Shown here: one piece after another, positions 53,690 to 64,000 of the stretch
How positions within the stretch are numbered: position 1 is the stretch's first letter
How the letters are laid out: each line of letters opens with the position of its first letter
DNA from: Octopus sinensis
Taxonomy: Eukaryota
Direction of reading: 5' to 3'
Assembly (NCBI RefSeq): GCF_006345805.1
Contig: NC_042998.1
Span: 129,952,001 to 130,016,000 of the forward strand
DNA length: 64,000 bases
The notes under the pieces: model-generated
Databases searched by the model: none
Seen by the model: the letters and a program-made list of their open reading frames with translations, nothing else
What the model was told of the DNA's origin: nothing
Program-made: the position numbers and the translations under genes

Positions 53690-54130
53690 ATGTGTGAAAT
53701 GTACTATTTGGGCACAGCACGGGAATGATCCAAACATGAACTAGAGGGCGTCACTGAGAACAATGAATGTAAGATCTTCTGGGATTTTACAATCCAATGT
53801 GACTCCTTAATCGATGCTCGGATAACAGACATTGTTGTAGTGGATAAAACAAAAAAGGGAAGTAAGATCATGGATATTGCCATACCTGGGGATAGATGCG
53901 TTGATAAAAAAAAAGAGCTGAAAAAACGAGGAAAAATACAGACTGTTGAAAGACGAACTTGCAAGACTGTGTGCAATGAGGAGAGTAACAGTTATCCTAA
54001 TAGTTTTAGGGTCACTTGGGGCACTAACAACCAGGTTCGAGAAATATTTCAGGGAAATTATAATTGACACGAGTGCACAGCAGGCCCTCCCCCCCTCCCC
54101 AAATTGCTCTACTGGATTTTGAGATTGGTG
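53690..54130 (+). mobile_element. Second R4/Dong-like endonuclease fragment
   Basis: KIFWDFTIQCD..DIVVVDKTKKGSKIMDIAIPGD (PD-D/ExK-type region), frameshifted. Confidence 0.7.
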
Positions 54131-54139
54131 ATTGAGTGT

Positions 54140-54960
54140 TGAGTGTCATCCACAATAAGTTAAGATCCAGGTACCAAAGCTTATGATTTGCGGAAAGAGA
54201 CCTGCGAAACCTCTGGCAAAAATCGTAAAGCTCGTATGACAAATCATCCTAACTAAAGGATTTATATCTGGAACAATAACTTTACATTTCCCGTATTTCG
54301 TATCTGTTATGTGTTCCTTTTGGTTTTTTTTTTTGCAATACTCTACCTCCATTGCCGAGAGTCGCAGTTGGATGACGAGGTGGACATTAGGGGTCTCTTC
54401 AGCGATCCCCCCTCTATTTGTCCTGAACATCCAAGCAATGTTACTAATGTTTCAGCGTTACTTACGAATAATAGCTGTTCTTGCAGTTTCCTGCTGCTCA
54501 TGGTGTTTCTCCGCCCAAGCAATTTGCTTCCTTTTCGTAATCGCTATTCTCTCGCGCTTTTATTATATTGTGTCAGTGATGGCTGAAACGATACTATCTA
54601 GAGGCTGGTTATTTCAGTTAAGGTCGTCAGTATTTTTCATCTTTCATTCGATAGTCTCTATAGCTTCGTACAATTTTTTTTTTTTTTGTGGGGGTGTTTT
54701 TCTTAAATCTTTTCAAAGGTATTCTATTCAGGATTTCCTATTTCTGCCGGAGGTTTGAAATCATTAATACTTAGTTTTCAGAGTTGTATTTCATTTCTTC
54801 TGAACTATATCTGCTTGTGACTCTGCTTCTGGATGATGTCTTTGCCAGGTGTTGGTGCCTTGTCTGGTCTGTTAATGTTTAACTCCTCAAAGCTATTTTT
54901 GGGGATGTTATCTTTCATATAATATTATCTCTTATAATGTTTGTAGGCATTTCGTCTCTT
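54140..54960 (-). mobile_element. Decayed N-terminal/pre-RT region of an RLE-type LINE
   Basis: MFRTNRGGIAEETPN resembles the pre-RT region of R4/Dong ORFs; no catalytic motif seen. Confidence 0.35.
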
Positions 54961-55079
54961 TTCTGTTCTGAGTTCAAATTCCAGCGAGATCGACTTCGTG
55001 TTTTATCATGTTGGAGTTGACAGAATAAGTACTAGTGAGAAGTGGGATCGATGATATTGACTTACCAACCTTGAAAAGG

Positions 55080-55120
<41 letters not shown>

Positions 55121-55587
55121 CATTATCATCATTATTATTATCATCATTATCATCATTATTATTATCATCATTATTATTATCATCATTATTATTATTATTA
55201 CTAGGCCCTCCCCAGCCACTACGTCATCGTTATTAACATTTGTAAACCATGCACGTATCTTCATAAGCTTTTCAACGTGAAAGCCTTTTTCAAAGTCGCT
55301 GTTGCGTTGTGTATATATTGAAAGACAACCACACATACACACACACATGCACATACACAAAACACACACATACACACATACATGCAAACAACCTTCCAAA
55401 ATAATTATATACGCTATATTTTATATATATATAGGCCTAGCTGTTGGAGGTATTTGTCTCCCCTTCGTAAATATATAAAGACACAGTGTGTCGAAGCCGA
55501 CCGGAAGCGTCGATGCTTCCTAGGGCTAAACAGCGGTGGTATAATTCCCTACTGCCACGTTAAATTGACAGTATACAACCGTTATAT

Positions 55588-55640
<53 letters not shown>

Positions 55641-57129
55641 TATATATGTATGTATGTATAACGTGTGTGCGTGCGTATATAACATGTGTGTGCGCAAAGC
55701 AGCCGTAGTAGCCGTGTTTTTTTCATTGCTCTGCTTAGTAAGTAGTTGAACAAACAGAAAATTGATTTTGACCCCTATAGTACCTGCGATAACCTTTGGA
55801 AAAACAAATAATTTCTCGTGAGTACAGTGTATATTTCTCCTCTGATTTTATGAAATATACGCACATACACATGACTCTTGCGAATTTATTAAATTCATTG
55901 AGCACTCACAATTTACGCATACACTTTTGACTTCCACTCGTATATCTCTGTTTAAAAGTTACGGATACATGTACAAGCTTATACATATCAAACTATCACA
56001 ACATTTCGCAAATCTCGAACACCCTTCACTTTCGAAATTATCTTTTCTCCATCACATAGAGAAAAGAAAATCCACCTAAATAATTGACTTGCAAAACGAA
56101 AAGACACATAACAAACAGAATAAAATCACTTTAGAGCAATTAATATCACCATGACGTTTCACTCGTATATCTCTGTTTAAAACTAACAGTCAGATGCACA
56201 AGCATATATATTTTAAACTATCACATAATTTAGAAAAATTCAAATACCTTTGACTTTCAAAATTATTGAATAGCAAAACGAAAGAAAGAAGACAGCAACT
56301 ACTATCACCATGAGCAAAATAGCCAAAAGGAAATTTTACTGGACAGAGTGAAATAGTTATTCCATTCAACTGCTGGTTTGACCTTTCACAAAAAGCCAAC
56401 AAACAAGCATTATGCCTCAGTGTCGTTGCTTCTAAAATTGCCCCACTTTTTGACAATCGAACAGCAAAACAATTGGTATTTAAATTAAAGCATATTTCGA
56501 AATTCTACCGCCTCGTTAAGGAGCATCTTATAATACTCCACTTAATATTCTCCGATTCTACTAAACGAAAACAACCTACCTCCATGATTACCATAACAAC
56601 CAATTCCTCATATCCATCACCAGTAACATCACTACTATCACCAGCAACACCACTGCCATCACCATCATCATCATCATCATCACAAGTAACATCACTGCCA
56701 TCACCAGCAACACTACTGCCATCACCATCATCATCATTACAAGTAACATCACTGCCATCGCCATCATCACCACCAGCAACACCACCTCCATTATTGTCGA
56801 TGCCAGCGCCGTCATCGTCACCATCGCCATCATCAACTACTACTACTGTCCCCACCACGACAACCCTTACTAATCCTTCACCGTTACAACCCAGCAGCAG
56901 GATGACTAACATCTCAGCCCAATCAAATTCACCACATCATACCCAGAATCATTCACTCCTAAATCTTCCATAAACAAACAATTTCCACATATCCCACCTC
57001 CAAATCCCAATATCTGCCGCTATTCTCTTCATGCGAGAATGTTTGCAATAAAGCTGCCCCTTTTTTACCCACCTACCGGGAACTAGACGTTCCATTAGTA
57101 AATATAATGACGCTGAGAAAAATGGTAAT

Positions 57130-58430
57130 ATTGTGAGTGCAACTTGGAGCTCCGCTTGTAAATCTCCGGAGGAAATCACTGGATGCCGGTTCTATCCCTC
57201 AAAACCTTCTCTCCCAGTCAGTCGTTCCTATCATTTTAAAAATAGGGAATAAATCACTCCCAGTAAACTACAGTCCAATCTCACTCATCTCACATATCAT
57301 CAAAATATTTGAGAGATGGTTGAGATCAAGAATAACAGCCTTCCTAGAGCAAAATGATCTTCTAAATTGCAACCAGCTCCTCCACCGCTTTGATGACATC
57401 TTAAATACACTGAGGGATCCAACGCTGATGTCGTATACCTTGATTTCAGCAAGGCCGTTGATGGAGTCGACCACAATATACTGTTATGGAAACTATCTAA
57501 CGCTGGAGTCCGTAAAAAGCTACCTCAATGGATTAAATATTTCCTAAGAAACAAGACCCAGCATGTTGTGGTTGATGGCACCCACTCAAGACCGTCATTA
57601 AGAGAGCATATGATCGAACGATGCTTCAATCGGACCTATGCGCAGTAACCCAGATTGCACAAGAAAACAATATGCAGTTGTATGAAGAAAAATTTGAGCT
57701 TATCCACTTTGGAAAAGAGGGCACACTCAAACAACCATATACACTACCGCCGGGGAGACCTACTTGAACCGTAGGATACTCTCAGTCTTAGGTGTAACTG
57801 TCGACAGCAACCTTAGCTGGAGTGTTCACGTCAACAAAAAAGTTTATGAACTTTTCCATCTAGATATCATAAAACCATAATCCTTTTCTTCTCCACATCC
57901 GCTAGGGCCCATCTCGAATACTGCTTCCTCTTGTGGTACCCCTACAAAAAGCAAAACATAGTGAGGATAGAGGCGCCACAAAGATCAATCACTAAAAAAA
58001 TAAACGGCATGATGGAACTTGATTATTGGGCTTGACGTAAATAGCTAAGACTCTATTCTCAGCGACGCTGTTGTGAACGATACCTTATTCGCACCATGTA
58101 GAAAATATTCCCCAATATCATCCAAATGATATCGGTATTGTGTTTACCATTCATCCAAGACTATGCGTCTCCTATAAAGGTCGAGATCACATCATATAAG
58201 AACATTGCTACACAATTTCTTCACTGCAAATGATCCCACTCTTTTCAATGTTATCCCGAAAGAAATTGAGTAGAAAAAGGCCCAACGACTTTCAAACGGT
58301 TCCTGGACAAATTCGTTCAGAAAATACCGGATAAAGTACCTATGCCTGGATATTTCTCAACCAACAGCAACTCTCTGCTTGAGTGGTCCATGTTGTCCCG
58401 AAATACTTAAAAGACTTTTCCAGGTGGGCT
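57130..58430 (+). mobile_element. CR1-like LINE remnant with the RT core deleted
   Basis: VVPIILKIGNKSLPVNYSPISLISHIIKIFER, a DFSKA-like motif, LGVTVDSNLSW and PHLEYC; the PQG/YADD segment is absent. Confidence 0.8.
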
Positions 58431-58829
58431 AGGATAAGCAAGTTAGGCAAATGGATATACAAAAAATATTAAATACATTTACTACAAAAAAATGTACACA
58501 TGTATACATATAGAAAAAAGTCTGACTTACACGGAATGGAAATATAATTCAACAGCTGTTTCTGTTGGACTCGTAAAACTCCTACTCAACCCCTGATGTC
58601 ATTTCAATTCTGAATAAGTCGAACTGTGTTTATATATGTATACATACGTATATGTTCTTTTTGTGTGAAATGTATTTAATATTTTGTTGTATATCGACTT
58701 TCGCAACTTGCTTGTTCTTATAATAACTCCCCTACCTGCCCAAGTTCAAATTTCTTGAACACTACGAAGTGTATTCTAAACAGATAATACCTGCCTCTTA
58801 TCTATAAACTATATAATATATATATATAT

Positions 58830-60720
58830 ATATTTTCCTGAGTTTATCAAATTCTTTTGCCAAGATATTATGGTCACAGGGTATGCTCATGTCAATCAAT
58901 AAACAGTCTTTATAGTTTTGATCTTTTACAACAATATCTAATTTATTTGCATTGATGATCCGGTCCCAAAGAATCGTTATATTTTCTTCGTCAGTTACAG
59001 CCTCCGGTGGTGCTTGTATCATTTGCCAGCAGTTTTGCTTTTATAATGCTAACACATCCAATGTGAATATTATCCAACTCTGTCATCTTTTGACTTGTAG
59101 TTTACAGGTGCCTTACACCCAGAGATTAGATGGTCCACTGTTTTAATTGCATCGTTGTCGTATCAGCACTTTGGATCTACACCATTTTTCATCATATTGG
59201 TTTGATAGTTCTAGGTCAATAAGATGTGAACTTGAGCAGCTAAGATAAAGTCTTCCCTCTCTGCCTGAGCTCCGTATCCACTGATGGAAGTGCTTCTGGT
59301 GTACAAGCCGCATATTTGCCATGCAGAGGTTTTGTTCCCACGTATCAGCCAATTTTTCAAACTCATTTTGCTTTGCTAATAATTTCATCTTCTTTGCAAC
59401 TACAGTTGCTGCACTTCCATCATGCTGTTCAACCTAGGTATTATGCAAAAACTCACTTGAAAATATTTTGCTCTCCTTTATAACAGAATTAAGTTTCTTT
59501 CATCTACCGTGGTTTGCAACGAGATTTTCATCTAGCCGTTAGGTGTTTCAAGATATTTTGCCATTCCAATTGTGGTGGTTTTGTATAGCTAACACCTTGT
59601 TTCGCGCATTTAACTCGAATTTTAGAACTGTTCGAACTCTCCTGTAACATTCCTACCTGATCTTATCTTTCATACTTGCTTGCTAAATGTCAGTGCCCCC
59701 ATTTATTCTGATGTATTTGTAAGTTTGTTCCTGCTCGAGTTCTTTTATCACTATCAACATCCAACACCACTGAATGTGAGGTCTTCAATTTCCCTCACTC
59801 GAAGGTGGCCTTGACACATTTATCAAGACCAAATTCCATTCCGATGTCACCACTAAATGCTCATTATCGCCTTTGCCATAGATTTTAAAGTCATACATAT
59901 AAAATAGATTACTTATTTTCTGGTCGCCAATTTTATAGCCATACCATGTTCTATTAAGTTCACGGGTATTAGAGCTACGCAAAAGATTAAATGTGAAAGT
60001 GAGTCACCTTGAAAAATTCCGCAGTGATATTAACATTTTTTGTGGTCAGTACTCCATTAGAATGATATAATTTGTAGATTTGTATTCTACACTGATATGT
60101 TGTGCTTCAAGAAGTTTGAAATCACTGTAGAAATGTTGAGATATCCAACGATTTCAAGATCAATGAATGCAGTGTGTTGTCAAAGGTCTTTTTATAATCA
60201 ATCCATGCGGGACTGAGATTTCTGCGTTTCTTATGGCAGTTCTCAAGGATCATGCGATTAATTAAGAGTTGGTCTTTCCATCAATAGAAGCCTCGTCGGT
60301 GCCCTTTTTGTTCAGTGGGAAAAATATCGTTTTGTTCTATAAATCTGTGTTTTTTGCACGAGGATGGATGTTAAAATTTTAGTTTTGAAGAAATTTGGTT
60401 TCATTATTCTTCGGGAGCAGGTAAGTAATCTCTCTTGCTAACCAATCAGGTGTTTTCGTTGGATCTCTCATAACTTCATTGAATAATTGGACTAATTTTT
60501 CGTGTGCGCACGGGAGCGATGCTAGCCAGAAATTTGGCACCCTGTGATTACCAGGGGATTCCTCCTTATGAACATTCGTGCGTGTCATCCTTAGGTCTCT
60601 TGTTGTGATGTCTTCCCATCCTTCTTCTGTTAAATTTTGGCAGGATGCATCTGCGTATTTCATCTAGTCTGCATTTTCATTGACTTTTACTCCAGATTTT
60701 ATTCCAAAAGTTTGCAACTT
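58830..60720 (-). mobile_element. Degraded R4/Dong-like element related to 10191-11880
   Basis: PDWLAREITYLLPK, LNRTWYGYKIGDQKISNLFYMYDFKIY and NANKLDIVVKD..LIDMSIPCDHN. Confidence 0.85.
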
Positions 60721-60979
60721 CTACCATGGGAGGTTGGGAGAAGGTCTTCAACAGTTATTTTCTCCTTTCCTATTTTTCTGTAGACTGTTCTCGCATTGAA
60801 TGTGAACCCCTTATTTTTCTTCTAAAACTTTTATTATTATTTCTGCAGATGGCCAGAAATTTTAATATGAAATGGATTAGTTTATATATCGACCTCGGTA
60901 CATGACTGGTACTTTCTTTTTTCTTTAATTCTAAGACAAAGTTCACCACTGCAGTATTTGAAATAAAAATGTAAGTATA

Positions 60980-61142
60980 GGCGCAGGCGGGGCAGTGTAG
61001 TAAGCTTGCTTCTTGACCACATGATTCTGAGTTCAGTCCGACTGCGTGGCACATTGAGCAACTGTCTTCTACTGTAGCCTCAGGTTGACCAAAGCCTTCT
61101 GGGTGGAATTTGGTAGGCGGAAACTGAAAACATTCCGTCGTA

Positions 61143-61207
<65 letters not shown>

Positions 61208-61248
61208 GTGTGTGTGTGTACGTATATATACATACGTAAATCTATACA

Positions 61249-61319
<71 letters not shown>

Positions 61320-61510
61320 CTGTGTTTGTCTCCCCACCGTCGCTTGACAACCGATGTTGGTGTGTTTATGAAGCCGTAACTTAGCGGTTCGGCTTAAGAA
61401 TACGATAGAATAAATACTAGGCTTACAAAGAATAAGTCCAGGGGTGGATTTATTCTACTGAAGGTGGTGCTCCAGCATGACCACAGTCAAATGACTGAAA
61501 CATATAAGAG
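60980..61510 (+). mobile_element. Family A SINE with an expanded internal (TA/TG)n
   Basis: Head at 60980, ~180-bp microsatellite at 61140-61320, tail ending GACTGAAAC. Confidence 0.88.
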
Positions 61511-61782
61511 AATGCAATTGTTTCACATTTCATTCCACCCCGTATCCAAATGGCACGAATTCTATCAGGCAAAGAGGTGAAATGTAAACTTAATACCAAC
61601 AAAAGTTTGAATTACGTTGCTGATTATTATTATTATTATCGTTGTTGATATTGTTATTGTTGTTGTTGCAGTTGTCGTAGTTCAAACTTTCGGTGGGATA
61701 AACTTTACACTTCACCTGTTTGTCTGATAAAATTCGTGCCGTTTGGGCACGGAGAAGGATGAAATGTGAAGCAGTTACATTC
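61510..61782. mobile_element. Fold-back/MITE-like element with ~107-bp imperfect inverted repeats
   Basis: 61510-61616 pairs with the reverse complement of ~61676-61782 (about 80% by eye) around a TTA/TTG low-complexity spacer. Confidence 0.75.
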
Positions 61783-62974
61783 TTATTTCAAATACCACAG
61801 GGGTGAATTATGCCTTAGAACTGAGCAACAAAAAAAAACGGTACCAGTCATGTACTGAGGTCCATGTATCGAATAACCCAATTCCTACTGTGTGCCAAAA
61901 CTTGAAACATTATTATCATCACCATCATCAGTATCATCATAGACATAAAAATGATGACGATGATAATGACAATGATGTCGACGAACATTATCAGCAACAT
62001 TCGAAGGAACGTCTTCGTTATGACAACGGCACCGACTAACGCCATTGTAATTCTTTGCCGCAACTGTACTGCGATGTTTGAAGTTAAAATGTCATGTCAT
62101 TCCCCTTTTACCTGAAATGTCAGTTAAATGTATGATACAGAAATGAAACAACTATAAGAAATGAAGAGAAATGAATAATTAAAAACAAATGTCAATAATA
62201 ACACCATAAAATACGAAAAACCGAAAAAAAAAAGCACAATGAAAATCAGAGAATATAACATAAAAATAATATAAATAACAAAATAACTGCAGAGAAAATG
62301 AAATGAGAGCAATGAGGTTTTTGCTTTGAAGGTTATTTAAGAAGTGGGAGATAAAAAATTTCTTCAATTTGTTGTAATTGAATTTAAACATCAAACGCTA
62401 CCATTTACTTGTTAATCGTGTTTCATGAGTCACCAATATGTTCCAGCGTAATATCACTTTTTAAAAGCTAATATTACATTCCGCTTTTAGAGTTGTCAAT
62501 ATAAGAGGCAGTGTCCATTGATACATATATGTGTACATGCGTAACAGCATATGTATTGTTCTACATTCAGATGATGGTGTTTATCTTTTTGTCTTTTACT
62601 TGATTTAGCCATTACACTGCAGCTATGCTGGTCAACGACTTGAAATAAATTAGTCGAAGGAATTGACATCAGTACTTATTTTTGAAGCCTGGCCATCATC
62701 GGTTACTCTCTGAACATCTGCAAACGGACAGGGGCATAAGCACACGAACGTAGATATTCAAACTGTGGTTGGGAGTTAAAACATAAAGAGAGCGAGAAAG
62801 ACCCATCCACAGATATATATAAAAACACACACACACACACAAAATAAGACTAAAGCTGTCGCTGATTAGCTCCAAGAAGCCATCGCCTCTAGCTAGCTAT
62901 ATGACACACGAACCTGCGTCCATTACAACCTTCGAACAGGGGAAGTCAGCCCCTTCACCTTGCTAGTCAGACAT

Positions 62975-63015
62975 CTGCAGACATGTTTCAGGGTTGTTGC
63001 CCTTTATCAATGCAG
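62975..63015 (-). ncRNA. Minimal type I hammerhead ribozyme motif with fully paired helices
   Basis: Minus strand reads CTGCA-TTGATAA-AGGG-caacaa-CCCT-GAA-ACATGT-C-TGCAG: 5-bp stem I, 4-bp stem II, palindromic stem III, GUC triplet. Confidence 0.75.
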
Positions 63016-63293
63016 CGTAGTCAGAACCAGCAGGTGTCGCTACTGACCGTCTGTTCGAAGATTTTATTTATCTAGTTACAGTGGAATACATCCACTTGTT
63101 TTCAATAATAGAAATATTAAAATTACTAAGTCCCTGTAAAGGAGATAACGGCAGCGTTACTGGATATTAATAGTTATCGCCATACTAATATGGCAGTCTA
63201 TAACTATAAGACTAAAGCTGTCGCTGATTAGCTCCAAGAGGCCATCGCCTCTAGCTAGCTATATGACACACAAACCTGCTGGTTCTGACTACG

Positions 63294-63334
63294 CTGCATT
63301 GATAAAGGGCAACAACCCGGAAACATGTCTGCAG
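63294..63334 (+). ncRNA. Minimal type I hammerhead ribozyme motif (second copy)
   Basis: CTGCA-TTGATAA-AGGG-caacaa-CCCG-GAA-ACATGT-C-TGCAG; differs from the 62975 copy only by T>G at the base of stem II. Confidence 0.7.
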
Positions 63335-63500
63335 ATGTCTGACTAGCAAGGTGAAGTGGCTGACCTCCCCTGTTCGAAGGTTGTAATGGACGCAGGTTCG
63401 TGTGTCATATAGCTAGCTAGAGGCGATGGCTACTTGGAGCTAATCAGCGACAGCTTTAGTCTTATATTTATAGACTGCCATATTAGTATGGCGATAACTA

Positions 63501-63538
<38 letters not shown>

Positions 63539-63667
63539 TTTATTTTATAGAAGGAGCTTCTACAGGACTAGAACTGTTTCATTCAAAAGAAATCATCAGG
63601 AAGCTCCTGATGATTTCTTTTGAATGAAACAGTTCTAGTCCTGTAGAAGCTCCTTCTATAAAATAAA
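63539..63667. repeat. Perfect 63-bp-arm palindrome with a 3-nt loop
   Basis: 63539-63601 is the exact reverse complement of 63605-63667; loop AGC. Confidence 0.95.
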
Positions 63668-63736
63668 TTAATTTACTCTGCTATGTATTGAGTACCTTAT
63701 TTACTGTGGTTAACCCCGACTCAACCCGGGACCTAC

Positions 63737-63768
<32 letters not shown>

Positions 63769-64000
63769 TACATGAGGGGGTGATACACACACAGAGATAC
63801 ACCACACACACACATACACTGTCTCTCCCTCTTTCTCTCTCTCATATATATCATAATATTACATCCTTTAAAATGTATTAAATATATATAAATTGTGTGC
63901 AGTTTACTTCTTTTGTTATATATTTTTTTTCACTACAACTCACTGCGTGAGGAAAATTTCTTCAACGAAATTCCTTTTTACTGCACGTGAAACTGAAAAT

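Larger units (their letters stand above)
62844..63507. mobile_element. Nested inverted-repeat element, probably a non-autonomous Penelope pLTR derivative
   Basis: 63164-63279 and 63392-63507 are 116-bp inverted repeats (4 mismatches); 62844-63035 is an inverted copy of 63274-63465; ends in (TA)n. Confidence 0.8.

Noticed and set aside
55430-55745. CpG-containing patch with CCGGAAG and a GTAAGT word, as a possible promoter or first exon
   Set aside because: Short motifs only, with no supporting downstream exon.
56473-56973. 166-aa S/T/P-rich mucin-like ORF with three VTSLPSPAT-like repeats
   Set aside because: Built from CAT/CAC trinucleotide-derived repeats that are open in several frames on both strands; no splice or domain evidence.

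Overview
AT-rich, microsatellite-saturated animal DNA with no convincing host protein-coding exon, so it is probably intronic or intergenic. The repeat families resemble those of an octopus or other coleoid cephalopod; this is inferred from pattern recognition, not a database search. Most long ORFs in the track are translations of simple repeats. Supportable content: (i) a Penelope-like retroelement (RT plus GIY-YIG) as two inverted, tail-to-tail copies at 0.5-4.6 kb; (ii) a Chapaev3-like transposase relic; (iii) several R4/Dong-like non-LTR elements (RT plus restriction-like endonuclease), one nearly intact; (iv) CR1-like and RTE-like LINE fragments; (v) three tRNA-derived SINE families in many copies; (vi) a ~940-bp tandem duplication; (vii) fold-back elements. 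The most interesting signal is a set of minimal type I hammerhead-ribozyme motifs at 1.9, 26.9, 44.0, 51.7, 63.0, 63.3 and 63.6 kb. Several have palindromic stem III, most sit in or between inverted repeats, and two unrelated ones carry the compensatory U3-A8 core variant. All coordinates were counted by eye and element boundaries are approximate.
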